64,000 bases of DNA from Eledone cirrhosa. Lineage: Eukaryota. A program made the translations under genes and the position numbers. Shown here in pieces: positions 13,529 to 29,034 of the stretch. The stretch spans positions 54,808,001 through 54,872,000 of the forward strand of contig OZ024746.1 of assembly GCA_964016885.1 (NCBI GenBank), written 5' to 3'. How positions within the stretch are numbered: the first letter of the stretch is position 1; each line of letters starts with the position of its first letter. The notes beneath the pieces are model-generated. The model saw only the letters and a program-made list of their open reading frames with translations. It had not been told where the DNA came from and ran no database searches.

Positions 13529-14788
13529 ATGCTGATCAAAGACCAACTCCCTATGTCAACCAAGAACATACCTATACCACCCCAAAATACATATGAAAAG
13601 TTATTGATCAACAGTGTAAACTCCTTTATCAATCGAGTGATATGGAGGACATTCCATTATGATAAAAACAAATCTAGCAAGAATAGTAATGCCGAAAAAT
13701 TTGACTCCTTCGGCTTTAAAACCTTTCGAAGCCCCCCTAATAACACACTACTAAACCAATTCGAAAATGACCTAATAAAACTAGTTAAGAATATTAAATA
13801 CAAAAAACACCGTAATAAAAACAACACCTTCTTAAACAAACTTAGCACCTCTATTAATGATTTCAAAACTAGTGGTAAAATGTTTGTACATGCCGACAAA
13901 ACTAATAACATATACAGCCTAGATTATAATACTTATAGAAAGTTTATATATAATGAACTACATAAAAGCTACTGGAAAACCACTATGAAAAACTTAGAAG
14001 ATATTAATATGGAAGGCTATAATATAGTATCCAAACTAGGGCTCCAGAGACATACACAACCTTATACCCCAAACCCCCCTAGATTCTCTCTGAAGGACCA
14101 TAAGGAGGACTTCATTAGCAACCCCTCGATTAGACTCATCTGCCCCTCCAAGTCTGACATTGGCATTATCAGTAAAAAAATTCTAGATAAAATCATACCA
14201 CAGATTAAACACAAGATTTACCTTAAACAATGGGCAAATACGGGTGAAGTGATTGAATGGTTCAAAAACATCAAAGATAATAATGATAAAAAATGTATCC
14301 AATTTGATATCAATTCTTACTACACCTCTATTTCCCCTATCCTACTAAATAAGGCACTTATAATGGCCATGGACAACAGTGACCTGACTAGACCCCAGAT
14401 TGATGTCATACTTGCAGCCCGTAAAACACTAATCACTTTTGAAGACCAATTATGGACCCGCAAGGATACGCAAAACAACTTCGACATTACTATGGGGTCT
14501 AGTGATTCGGCGCAGGTCACTGATTTAGTCGGTCTATATTTACTTAACCAAATCCATAAGGACCTTCCTTACCTCAGCGGTGGTTTGTATCGTGACGATG
14601 CGCTTCTACTTATAGATTATAAAAGATTCAATATAGAAAGAACTAGAAAACTATTGCACAAAACATTCAAAAACTATTACCTTAGTATTACCATGGACAA
14701 AAACACCAAAAGCGTCAACTTCCTAGACGCCACACTCTACCTAGACTCAATGATATATGCACCTTTCCACAAACCTAATGAAAAACTC
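13529..14788 (+). pseudogene. PLE reverse transcriptase, N-terminal and core domains, truncated before the endonuclease
   Basis: STKNIPIPP, ADKTNNIY, LKDHKEDF...RLICPSKSDIG, QFDINSYYTSI, ITMGSSDSAQVTDLVG, YRDD, VNFLD motifs; open for about 420 codons. Confidence 0.92.
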
Positions 14789-15925
14789 ATCTGCAATGGG
14801 CGTGAGGGATGATCTTTTTAACTGGTTGAAATCCTTCATTCTCAGCCGAAAAAAGGTAGCCACGGTTCTAGGACAGCATTCTTCACCATATGAGATATCG
14901 TCTGGTGTACCACAGGGATCTGTTCTTGGTCCCCTTTTGTTTGTGGCATATATTAATGACATAGATGCCAACTTAAAGAATGCAGATGACATCAAGCTGT
15001 ACCTTGAAATCAAAATGACTGATCCCGAAATCTACAAATCTTTCCTACAATCAGACCTGGACACAATGCAGCAATGGATCACAGACTGGCAACTGAAGCT
15101 GGCTGTGGACAAGTGTACCAACATGCAATTTGGTAGGAAAATTCCAGCGTCCAAATACTCCCTCCTCAACGCTGATATCAAGAAATCCTCTTGTGAACGT
15201 GACCTAGGCATTACTGTCAGCAGCGATTTGCGTTGGACAAAGCATGTCTCTAAGATTGTCAAGAAGGCCGAGGGTGTCTTGGCATCACTCAGCAAGACCT
15301 TTGTTAGCCGCTCTCCAGCCATCTATTTAAAGCTGTATATAGCTATGGTACGACCACACTTGGAATTCGCACCATCAGTCTGCAACCCCTAACTTGCTCA
15401 GAAAATTGACCTCCTGCAAAATGTTCAGAGAAGTGCAACCAAGCGCCTACTCTCCATTAGACACCTAACGTACTCTGAACGCCTTGCTTCCCTGGTCATG
15501 GATTCATTGAATCTCCGACGTCTGGCAATGAACTTGGTAAACACACACAAAGTTATTAACCATTTCGCCAACAACAACCCTGAGCACCTTTTTGATAACA
15601 ATGTGTCTAACACAGGTGACATGCCTACAAAATCAGAAAACAGAACAGCTCCCATGACATTCAGGAAACATCTTTTCACACTCAGAGTTGCTGAAGCATG
15701 GAACAAACTGCCTCCGTCAGTTGTTAGCTGCCGAGACACTGCATCCTTTAAAACCCTCATGCTTCCCAACATTCGCCAAAATTACACCTGATGTACCTCT
15801 TCCATACTCATGCACTGTTCATTTTCTTGACGTTTGCACATTACCCTATGTACTATACATACACCTTTTAATTGAGTTGTAGTGCACCTGAGCAATGTAC
15901 ACAATATTCCATTATTATTATTATT
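14783..15925 (+). mobile_element. CR1/L2-group LINE, 5'-truncated, defective
   Basis: SGVPQGSVLGPLLFVAYINDI, ADD with an upstream deletion, ERDLG, LYIAMVRPHLEF, RVAEAWNKLP. In-frame stop at 15390-15392, terminal stop at 15791, (ATT)n tail at 15911-15925. Confidence 0.9.
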
Positions 15926-15950
15926 TTATATATAGATATACATATATATA

Positions 15951-16014
<64 letters not shown>

Positions 16015-16018
<4 letters not shown>

Positions 16019-16497
16019 AGTATGTATGTATATGTACATACATATATGTATACAGACGTACAGTAGTATGTATATATATACATACATGCACACACATATA
16101 TATATATGCACGTATCGGTTTACCGAACATTTATAGTAATGCTCGATTTGTTTGTTTGTAAACAAACAGCCCGAATTACGCCGTACAGTGTTTAGGCAAC
16201 CACGTCACCTTTTTGTTCAAGTGTTGAAAAAAAGTTCACGTGGTTGCTTAAACACTGTACGGCGTAATTCGGGCTGTTTGTTTGTTTACAAACAAACAGA
16301 CCGAGCATTATAATAAATGTTCGGTAAACCGATACGTGCATATATATATGTGTGCATGTATGTATATATATACATACTACTGTACGTCTGTATATATATA
16401 TATATATATATGTACGTATATATACATACATACATACTTACATTTAAGTAAGTGCCGTACTAAGAGTGAGAAATGAAATTTCGTTTCATTCTATTCC
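16015..16497 (+). mobile_element. Fold-back copy of the ~480-bp retrozyme-like family also found at 46915-47486 (hammerhead portion missing)
   Basis: Arms of about 200 bp centred near 16222. The right arm and tail (taagtaagtgccgtactaagagtgagaaatgaaatttcgtttcattctatt) match 47007-47057 and 47240-47486. Confidence 0.78.
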
Positions 16498-18000
<1,503 letters not shown>

Positions 18001-18002
18001 GT

Positions 18003-18758
18003 AATAATGAGTTCAAATCTCAGGCGATCATTTACAATGAAATAGCTCGAAGAAAGAGTATTTCTGAGCCGTGTAATATAGCTTAATATAAATCAATATA
18101 TTTGATAAACACAAATATCCTCATATTTATGTTTGTATTGTAAATGACCAAGTTAGCTAGATAGAAATATACTAATAATAATATTACAGTTTGCCTATCA
18201 TGACTTAAGATAATACATCATAAATCAACAAAAACAAATTGTATTGGCAACGGCCGTAGTGATTGGACAAACTTAAATTTCAAAATCAAGCCTGTTCCGT
18301 AGACAGGTTTAAACCCCAAAATCCAAATATGTTTCGAATAATGAAAAAGTGGAAGGAAATACTGCATTTTATCTCCTCAGCCAGCACTATAAAAATTGGT
18401 TTGTTCCACTTCAAAATATTTAGGAAGACTGTTTAGCGCACGAGGTAACCTCATGCGGTTACCCAGTGTCTAGCTAGCCACATGCTCGTGCTGTTAGAAA
18501 TAACAGCCGTTTGTATGGGGCTAAATTCAGCTCAACGATGGAGCAGTGAAAAATCAATAATAATGAGTTCAAATCTCAGGCGATCATTTACAATGAAATA
18601 GCTCGAAGAAAGAGTATTTCTGAGCCGTGTAATATAGGTTAATATGAATCAATATATTTGATAAACACAAATATCCATATCTAGCTAACTTGGTCATTTA
18701 CAATACAAACATAAATATGAGGATATTTGTGTTTATCAAATATATTGATTTATATTAA

Positions 18759-18764
<6 letters not shown>
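18003..18764 (-). mobile_element. Non-coding 556-bp unit with 118-bp terminal redundancy and terminal inversion (PLE-type architecture); degenerate hammerhead
   Basis: 18003-18120 matches 18559-18676. 18678-18764 is the reverse complement of about 18077-18163. CTGAGGA...GAAACATAT on the minus strand at 18324-18385 lacks stem I pairing. Confidence 0.65.
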
Positions 18765-18806
<42 letters not shown>

Positions 18807-18807
18807 C

Positions 18808-18884
<77 letters not shown>

Positions 18885-18885
18885 C

Positions 18886-18927
<42 letters not shown>

Positions 18928-18929
<2 letters not shown>

Positions 18930-21790
18930 AATAAATCTCAAGGATCACAAAAACAATTTTCGCACTGAACTACCTGTTAGATTAATCGCCCCCTCTAAAT
19001 CTGATCTGGGGGTTGTTAGTAAAGCCATCTTGGATAGAATTATCCCACAGGTTAGTTCTAATTGCTCTTCTTTGAACCTAAATTTATGGTTTGGTACTTC
19101 TGAAGTGATTGGCTGGTTCAACAAATTGGATAATAAAACAAACTAAAATTTATTCAATTTGATATTGCCAGCTACTATTCCTCCATTTCGCCTTCACTTC
19201 TCAATAATGCTCTATCTTTCGCACTTAAATATTCTGACGTCACCACAGATGAACTTCACATCATCCTCACCGCACGTAAAACCATCCTAGAGTTCAACAA
19301 CGAATATTGGGCCAGAGCCGATACCTCTAACAACTTCGACATCACAATGGGAGCATCCGATTCATCCCAATTGACTGATTTAATTTGTATCTTTATTTTG
19401 AACTCTTTGAGTCGGAAAATTCCTCAACTTCGCGGTGGAATTTATCGTGACGATGGACTCTTTACTATCTCAAATTGCAATATAGTTAACCTTAATATTA
19501 TTAAGAACAATATACGTAATCTCTTTAACCAACATAACCTAAAAATTGAATTTGATAACAGTATCAAACTAGCTAATTTCTTGGACACTGGCCTATATTA
19601 CCCTTACCATAAAAACAATGAGAACCTAAATTATGTTAACTTTAAATCTAACCATCCTACCAATATCAAGAATGCTATAGTTAGTAATATTGGAAAAAGA
19701 ATATCTAACATATCTTCTAATAAAAACATCTTTGATGCTAACGCCAATTACTATAATAACGCACTTTCTAAAGCCGGCTATCCTGATAAAATCAAATATA
19801 GTAAAGAAACAAATTCTAGAAAAATTTATTGTAGAATAATTAATCATGATCATTCCAATAACTTTAATAAAAGACCTAGATACAAAAACATAATCTGGTA
19901 TAATGCTCCTTTCTCCATCTCTATTCATAACAATATTCCTAAATTATTCTTTAGTGCCTTAAATAAATGCTTCCCTCCCTCACATATCTATAGTAAAATA
20001 TTTAACAAACACACCATAAAAATTTTCTTATTCTACATCCTCCAATATTTCCAACATTATCTCTATTATCTCTAAACACAACAATAAAATACTAAATACT
20101 AAATCTCTTCCTTCCAACACAGAGTTTCATAATAACAGTAATAGTACACCCGACGTCATTGTAAACCCTATGCTAATTTCTGTAAACCCAAATACAACGT
20201 CAAACACAACTTCGCTAAATGTTCATAATCCAACTCTAAATCAAGAAACTATTATTCCTATCGCAAACAACTTCTCCAATCCAATTCCTTCTATAGATAA
20301 CACTAGGTCACTCATTAATAATCTCTCTAATTGCAACTGCCGCATTAAAAATAAATGTCCTCTCAACAACCATTGTCTTGATAAAAACTTAATTCATGAA
20401 TGTAAAGTTATAACTATCACCAATTTCTTCACCTATTTTGGCTCCACTTCCACCTCTTTTAAAGCTCGTCTCTATAATCATCATTCATCTTTTAAATACA
20501 AACTTAAAAGAACCAACACGGCTCTCTCAGAACTCATATGGTCCTTGAAAGACAAAAACATTAAATATGCCATCTTTTGGAAGAAGGTTTCTTCTGCGTT
20601 TTCATACTTGAACAGCTCTCTATCTAAAATCTGTAATCTCTGCCTAAATGAAAAATTTACCATTATCTCTAATCTAGATTCTATAATAAATAGACGTACA
20701 GATTTGTTTTCTATCTGCTTGCATAAATTCCATAGGACTTTTCACAAAGTATACAGCTAATATTCAATTCTTTATCAATTTAGAATCTTTTCTCAAAGGC
20801 ACATATACATACACCTCTTTTAAAAATATACCCATCTTCCTACCTTACTTCAAAGGGTATTATACACTCTATACTACTTGTTTACTCATTACCCTCACTA
20901 TCTTCACCTTGTAAAATCCTTCGTAACATATACATTTGGTTTTTTGACGCTAGATTATTCATCCTTAATTTATTATTTTTTTCTCCCAATCATCTAACTC
21001 ATTCTTAATACATATTAACTCTTTCTTCACACATATTATCAATTCCTTCAATATACAAACATTAACTTCACATTATTTTTCTCAAATCCTACAATACACA
21101 AAACTTAATAATTTTTTTAATACATATTAACTCTTTCTTCGCACATATTATCAATTCCTTAATAATACAAACCTTAACTTCACATTATTTTTCTCAAATC
21201 CTTCAATACACAAACCTTAATAATTTTTCTCTTCGTTAATTTTCAAATTTCCATAATACTTGTAAACATACACACAATTTTTTTGACGTTAGAATATTCA
21301 TCCGCAATTATTATTTTTTTTTCTCTCTATCATCAAACTTTTTAATCTCAATACATATTAACTCCCTCTCCTTCTTCGTACATTTTTTTCCCTTCGTTAA
21401 TTTTCAAATTCTTTTAATTTATACATTATCTTCCAACGGTTTTCAACCTCTCTATGTAAAACAATATATCTTTTCTCAGTTATAAAAACTATCTCTTTCT
21501 CTCTATCACCCATCTCTCCCTCTCCACCTTCACTCTCATCTCCTCCCCTTTTTCATCCTTTCCACCCCCCCCTCTCTAAATAAAATATTTTTCCCAATAT
21601 CACACATCAATCTAAAATTACTTTTCATATGTTGATTTAAAACTGCACTATCCACAAGTGTTTTTTAGCCTTCATATCATGTCCTCCTGTTTTATCTGAT
21701 GAAAACACAAATATTATTGCATGATGATGTTTGTTTTTGAAATGCGCATAATAAAATACATGGAACACCTTTAACCATCTTTTGATCTTA
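18928..21790 (+). mobile_element. Penelope-like element family C, 5'-truncated, frameshifted RT + GIY-YIG, 3' pLTR with hammerhead
   Basis: LKDHKNNF...[45 protein letters not shown]...CPL...C, YFGST, CNLC. Frameshifts near 19145 and 20040, stop at 20760. (TA)n on both sides. Confidence 0.92.
21690..21756 (+). ncRNA. Type I hammerhead ribozyme (family C pLTR)
   Basis: ttttat-CTGATGA-aaacacaaatattattgcatgatgatgtttgttttt-GAAA-tgcgca-TA-ataaaa; canonical core, palindromic stem III atgcgcat. Confidence 0.85.
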
Positions 21791-21818
21791 TAAATTACAT
21801 ATATATATATATATAGAC

Positions 21819-21851
<33 letters not shown>

Positions 21852-21858
21852 CACATAC

Positions 21859-21965
<107 letters not shown>

Positions 21966-22052
21966 CATACATATATATATATATATACATACATATATAT
22001 ATATATATACATACATATATATATATATATACATACATATATATATATATAT

Positions 22053-22095
<43 letters not shown>

Positions 22096-22116
22096 CATAT
22101 ATATATACATATAAAA

Positions 22117-22153
<37 letters not shown>

Positions 22154-22734
22154 TATATATATCTATACGTGGATATTTACGTCTTGATGTGGGAGCTAAG
22201 TATATGTTTTGTTTATTCCTTTACTTTTTGCATAGGTAAGTATATATTACCCGTATGTTTTGTGAAGGTATGTATACCTTCTCGTACGTATATTTGACTG
22301 TTTTGGCGTATAATTTTTACATATTCTGGTATTTAGGGCTTGGTTATGTGTATATGGGAGTTTTGCGTCTGCGCGAGTATGCATGTTCGTACGTATGGTG
22401 GGTGTGTGTAGGTGTACTTCTTGTTTTAGTTGACTTACGTCTCCGAACCTTCGTGTATTTATTTGTAGGTGTGTGTGTGCGCTTGTTATATACGTATTTA
22501 TTTACTTATATACGTTTATATAATTATTTATTTATTTGTACACAACCATACACACATACACATGTTTATATGTGCGTGGTTTTGTATACCTATGGTAAGG
22601 TTTTGCGTATGCTTGTGTATGTACGTATCTGTTTGCGTGTATGTATTTATTTGTTCCTATTACTTCTGTACTGTATTTATTTACTTTGTTCTTAACTCTG
22701 TAGCGGAGATTCATTCGGTCTCCTAGTTAGAATT

Positions 22735-23001
22735 TTAGTCTACGAATTCTGCTATACCATTTACGTGGTTTTGTCTTTGCACGCTAATGTTCTCCACGCT
22801 CCACATATGACTTATTATCTTCGTTTTTTCGTTCATTGCCAGAGAACGTCTCTATGCACCACTTAGAGAACATTAGTCTACGACCTCTTTTATATCATAA
22901 ACGTGGTTCTGTCCTTGCACGTAATTGTTTTTCACCGCTCCTATTAATGACGTATTATTCGTTTTTTCCCGTTCTTTGCCAGCGAACGTCACAATGAACC
23001 A
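22735..23001 (+). repeat. Diverged tandem duplication, period about 138 bp
   Basis: ttagtctacga at 22735 and 22873; shared acgtggtt, ttgcacg, ttcgtttttt and ttgccag.gaacgtc blocks. Confidence 0.75.
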
Positions 23002-23026
23002 AAGTATCGACTTCCTGTCTTCCTCC

Positions 23027-23241
23027 GGTTGCAACGTTTTTTGAAATATCAAGTTCTGCGTTTACAGATTGACTTTGTTAGTTTCAGAAGATCCCGTTAA
23101 GGGTGAAAGCAGCGATTCTTTGCTTAAACTTTAATCTGTTATTTTAATAAATATTTGCTCTTCGGTTCTTATATATTTTATATATATTTTCCTTATCGAG
23201 CCCTCTCTGGATTTTAGTCTTCAACTTTATTATTATTACTG

Positions 23242-23250
<9 letters not shown>
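23027..23250 (+). mobile_element. Dispersed pLTR-like repeat (other copies at 57029-57075 and 57490-57698) with variant hammerhead at 23080-23130
   Basis: agttt-CAGAAGA-tccc gttaa gggt-GAA-agca...tgct-T-aaact. The 57490-57698 copy shows inverted + direct arrangement. Confidence 0.6.
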
Positions 23251-23339
<89 letters not shown>

Positions 23340-23369
23340 ACATACATATATATATATATATGTATGCAT

Positions 23370-23468
<99 letters not shown>

Positions 23469-23629
23469 TTTATATATATAATTAGTAAATTTGTATTCCC
23501 ATGTTGCTAAGTAGTCGCATTGGATGGAGTCAACCGACGTCGGAGATTGCTAGGTAACCCATACACTATAGAAGCAATTGTTACCTAATAAATTCTTTAC
23601 ACCCGCATTTCCGTTTCATAAACTTCCTC

Positions 23630-24454
<825 letters not shown>

Positions 24455-24455
<1 letters not shown>

Positions 24456-26772
24456 AATATATAAGAACAAAAGATGGTTAAAAGAGTTCCATGTATTTTA
24501 TTATGCGCATTTCAAAAACAAATATCATCATGCAATAATATTTGTGTTTTCATCAGATAAAACATGAAGACATGATATGAAGTTTAAAAAACACTTGTGG
24601 ATTGTTCAGTTTTAAATCAACATATGAGAAGTAGTTTTAGATTGATGTGTGATATTTGGAAAAATATTTCATTTAGAGGGGGGGGAAGGATGAAAAAGAG
24701 GAGGAGATGAGAGTAAAATGTGGAGAAGGAGGAGTATAATGAGGAAGGATGAGATAGGAGGAGAGATGGGTGATAGAGAGAGAGAGATAGCTTTTATAAC
24801 TGAGAAAGATATATAGTTTTACATAGAAAGGTTGAAAACCGTTGGAAGATAATGAATAAATTAAAAGAATTTGAAAATTAACGAAGAGAAAAATAATGTA
24901 AAGTTAAGGTTTGTATATTGAGGGGTTTGATAATATGTGCGATGAAAAAAGAAAATGTTAATATGTATTGAGAATAATGTTAAAGGGTTTAATAATATGT
25001 GCGACGTTAAGAAGATGTTGACATGTATTATTAAAAGGAACAACAGGTTATTTAAGTAAGGAAATATTGTGTGATGAATGAGTTAGATGAAAGGGAGAAA
25101 AGAATAATGAATTGAGGATGAATAATCTAACGTCAAAAAAATGTATATGTTTACGAAGGATTTTTACAAGGTGATATAGAGTAAGAATGTATTGCATTAT
25201 GTAATAATTGATTCTATGTTAGGCAAGAGTGAGAAAAGGTACAGATTAGGGGTTAGACATTAAAAGAAGAAGAGAAGAATGAGTAACAAGTATTATAGAA
25301 TGTATAATAACCTGTGAAATGAGGTAGAAAGATGGGTATATTTTTAAAAGAAGTGTATATATATATATATATATGTGCCTTTGAGAAAAATATTCTAAAT
25401 TGATAAAGAATTGAATATTAGCTGTATACTTTGTGAAATGTGTTATGGAATTTATGCAAGTAGATAGAAAACAAGTCAGTGCGTCTATTTATTATAGAAT
25501 CTAAATTAGAAATAATGGTAATTTTTTCATTTAGGCAGAGATTGCACATTTTGGATAGAGAACTGTTCAAGTATGAAAATGCAGAAGAAACCTTCTTCCA
25601 AAAGATGCTATATTTAATATTTTTGTCTTTCAAGGACCATATGAGTTCTGAGAGAGCCGTGTTGGTTCTTTTAAGTTTGTATTTAAAAGACGAATGATGG
25701 GTATAAAGACGAGCTTTAAAAGAGGTGGAAGTGGAGCCAAAATAGGTGAAGGAATTGGTGTCAGTTATAACTTTACATTCGTAAATTAAGTTTTTATCAA
25801 GACAATGGTTGTTGAGAGGACATTTATTTTTAATAGGGCAATTGCAATTGCGATTAGAGAGATTATTAATGAGTGACCTAGTGTTATCTATAGAAGCAAT
25901 TGGATTGGAGAAGTTATTTGCGATAGGAATAATAGTTTCTTGATTTAGAATGGGATTAAGAACATTTAGCGAAGTTCTGTTTGAGGTTGTAGTTGGGTTT
26001 GTAGAAATTAGCCTAGGGTTTACAATGACGTCGGGAGTACTATTATTATGATATTCAGTGTTGGAAGGAAGAGATTTAGTATTTAGTATTTTATTGTTGT
26101 GTTTAGAGATAATGTTGGAAATGTTGGAGGATGTAGAATAGGAAAATTTTATAGTGTGTTTGTTAAATATTTTACTATAGATATGTGAGGGAGGGAAGCA
26201 TTTATTTAAGGCACTAAAGAATAATTTAGGAATATTGTTATGAATAGAGATGGAGAAAGGAGCATTATACCAGATTATGTTTTTGTATCTAGGTCTTTTA
26301 TTAAAGTTATTGGAATGATCATGATTAATTATTCTACTGTAATTTCTTCTAGAATTTGTTTCTTTACTATATTTTATTTTATCAGGATAGCCGGCTTTAG
26401 AAAGCGCGTTATTATAGTAATTGGCGTTAGCATCAAATATGTTTTTCTTAGAAAATATGTTAGATATTCTTTTTTTCAATATTACTAACTATAGCATTCT
26501 TGATATTAGTAGGATGGTTAGATTTAAAATTAACATAATTTAGGTTCTCATTGTTTTTATGGTAAGGGTAATATAGGCCAGTGTCAAGATTAAGAGATAC
26601 ATCCAAGAAATTAGCTAGTTTGATGCTGTTATCAATTTCAATTTTTAGGTTATGTTGGTTAAAGAGATTACGTATATTGTTCTTAATAATATTCAGGTTA
26701 ACTATGTTGCAATTTAAGATAGTAAAGAGTCCATCGTCACGATAAATTCCTCAACTTCGCGGAGGAATTTGC
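24455..26772 (-). mobile_element. Penelope-like element family C, second copy, 5'-truncated
   Basis: Closely related reverse-complement copy of 19415-21790. ORF 26479-25418 encodes RT thumb, linker and GIY-YIG. Short inversion at the 5' break (26744-26770). Confidence 0.92.
24496..24562 (-). ncRNA. Type I hammerhead ribozyme (family C, copy 2)
   Basis: Nearly identical to 21690-21756 although the flanking UTR has diverged. Confidence 0.85.
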
Positions 26773-27064
26773 ATATATATATTTACATATATATTTACAT
26801 ATATATATATGTATTTATATATATATATATATATGTATAAACAATTAAGTTAAAAATGTACATCTACATATGCATACTGAAATACTAGTGTGTATATGAA
26901 TACACACACGTATACATATGTAGGTGTAACAAGTCTTTCACTGGTTGCTTTACTGTGAGCAACCCAGCTATTCTGTATGTAAACACACAGACAAACCGGT
27001 TTTTTGAGTCATACTGGTTTTCGGGGGAACACCTTCCCTCTATTCTCCAGAAAGCCAGACAAGG

Positions 27065-27109
27065 AATATTGAACTAGTTTCGTTGTTGTTACAACTCATC
27101 AGCAATATT
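27065..27109 (-). ncRNA. Minimal type I hammerhead ribozyme
   Basis: Reverse complement of 27692-27736. Confidence 0.88.
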
Positions 27110-27598
27110 TACCTATCTACCGGCCCCTCTGGAGAATTGTAAAAGCACATATCGTTATATGCTTTTTCTATGAAAATTAGTAGTGGGCAGACTAATTTGC
27201 ATAGTGTGTGAGTACGCACCGGTTCAGCGGAGACGATAAAAACAAATAACGAAACGAAATTAAAGTTCGTTTCGTTTGTAACTCACTTTTGTATGACTGA
27301 CGCTTAAACAATTAAGTTAAAATGACTCTAAAAACCGGGTTGTCTGTGTGTTTAAATACAGAATAGCTGGGTTGCTCACAGTAAAGCAACCAGTGAAAGA
27401 CTTGTTACACCTACATATGTATACGTGTGTGTATTCATATACACACTAGTATTTCAGTATGCATATGTAGATGTACATTTTTAACTTAATTGTTTAAGCG
27501 TCAGTCATACAAAAGTGAGTTACAAACGAAACGAACTTTAATTTCGTTTCGTTATTTGTTTTTATCGTCTCCGCTGAACCGGTGCGTACTCACACTCT

Positions 27599-27606
27599 AT
27601 GCAAAT
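27599..27606 (+). promoter_or_regulatory. Octamer motif ATGCAAAT within a conserved block upstream of the hammerhead
   Basis: The block tatgcaaattag.ctgc.ca...taa(a)ttttcata is also present at 47103-47140 in an otherwise diverged family. Confidence 0.45.
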
Positions 27607-27691
27607 TAGTCTGCCCACTACTAATTTTCATAGAAAAAGCATATAACGATATGTGCTTTTACAATTCTCCAGAGGGGCCGGTAGATAGGTA

Positions 27692-27736
27692 AATATTGCT
27701 GATGAGTTGTAACAACAACGAAACTAGTTCAATATT
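27692..27736 (+). ncRNA. Minimal type I hammerhead ribozyme
   Basis: aatattg-CTGATGA-gttgt aaca acaac-GAAA-ctag-TT-caatatt; 7-bp stem I, 5-bp stem II, palindromic stem III actagt. Confidence 0.88.
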
Positions 27737-28172
27737 CCTTGTCTGGCTTTCTGGAGAATAGAGGGAAGGTGTTCCCCCGAAAACCAGTATGACTCTAAAA
27801 ACCGGTTTGTCTGTGTGTTTACATACAGTATAGCTGGGTTGCTCACAGTAAAGCAACAAGTGAAAGACTTGTTACACCTACATATGTATACGTGTGTGTA
27901 TTCATATACACACTAGTATTACAGTATGCATATGTAGATGTACATTTTTAACTTAATTGTTTAAGCGTCAGTCATACAAAAGTGAGTTACAAACGAAACG
28001 AAATTTAATTTCGTTTCGTTATTTGTTTTTATATATGTATATATATGTATATATACATATATATACATATATATATATATATATAAATACATATATATAT
28101 ATGTAAATACATACATATATATATATATAAATACATATATATATATGTAAATACATACATATATATATATAT

Positions 28173-28261
<89 letters not shown>

Positions 28262-28281
28262 CATATATATATATATATATA

Positions 28282-28367
<86 letters not shown>

Positions 28368-28372
28368 TATAC

Positions 28373-28428
<56 letters not shown>

Positions 28429-28450
28429 GTACATATATATATATATATAT

Positions 28451-28503
<53 letters not shown>

Positions 28504-28609
28504 CATATATATATATACACACACATATATATATGTATGTATATATATATATATATATCATATATATATATATATATACATACATATCTATCTATATCTA
28601 TCTATCTAA

Positions 28610-28767
28610 GTAAAATTCCCGAGATCCACGGACCAGTTCTCTCCAGCGGTCTGTGTCCCTCATTATCGCTGCCATGTCCTGCGTCTCCAACATACCATTG
28701 TCTGTCCTTAGGCCATCAACATACGTTAACCTAGGTCTTACTCTTCTAGTCTGTCCATACACTGGAG
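28610..28767 (-). mobile_element. RTE-clade LINE 3' fragment
   Basis: Minus strand reads [21 protein letters not shown]...[11 protein letters not shown]; homologous to 51045-51210; (TATC)n on both sides. Confidence 0.8.
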
Positions 28768-28800
<33 letters not shown>

Positions 28801-29034
28801 ACAATCTAGCTGTCGTCTGTTCTACAGTGTGGATGTCATTCACTTCGCACAGAAGTTTTGTTCAAATTTATTGAGGAAATTTTGTGAGTTCAAACTTAAT
28901 TTTGATACAATTGTGTAGCTTGACCCTCCGTCTGAACTGTCAGGCGGTGGGTCAGCTCATCTTTACCCCTCCTAGAGGTGAAAAACCTGTTTTAAAAAAA
29001 ATTTTGTGTAAAAAATTTCAATCGTCTAACAGAA

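Larger units (their letters stand above)
11950..14788 (+). mobile_element. Penelope-like element family B: inverted pLTR (11950-12975) + direct pLTR (13020-13484) + RT ORF, 3' part replaced by a LINE fragment
   Basis: 11950-12441 and 13020-13484 are inverted repeats, each with a hammerhead. The PLE RT ORF follows immediately. Confidence 0.9.
26838..28030. mobile_element. Retrozyme-like element: 467-bp hammerhead monomer; one minus-strand monomer (26838-27322) diverging from about 1.5 plus-strand monomers (27322-28030)
   Basis: Period of 467 measured at two anchors (27322/27789 and 27481/27948). The two arms are different circular permutations. No coding capacity; (TA)n flanks. Confidence 0.82.

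Noticed and set aside
20170-20760. Selenocysteine recoding, as reported for some Naiad PLEs
   Set aside because: All conserved Cys positions in the three GIY-YIG regions are normal Cys codons; no in-frame TGA at those sites.
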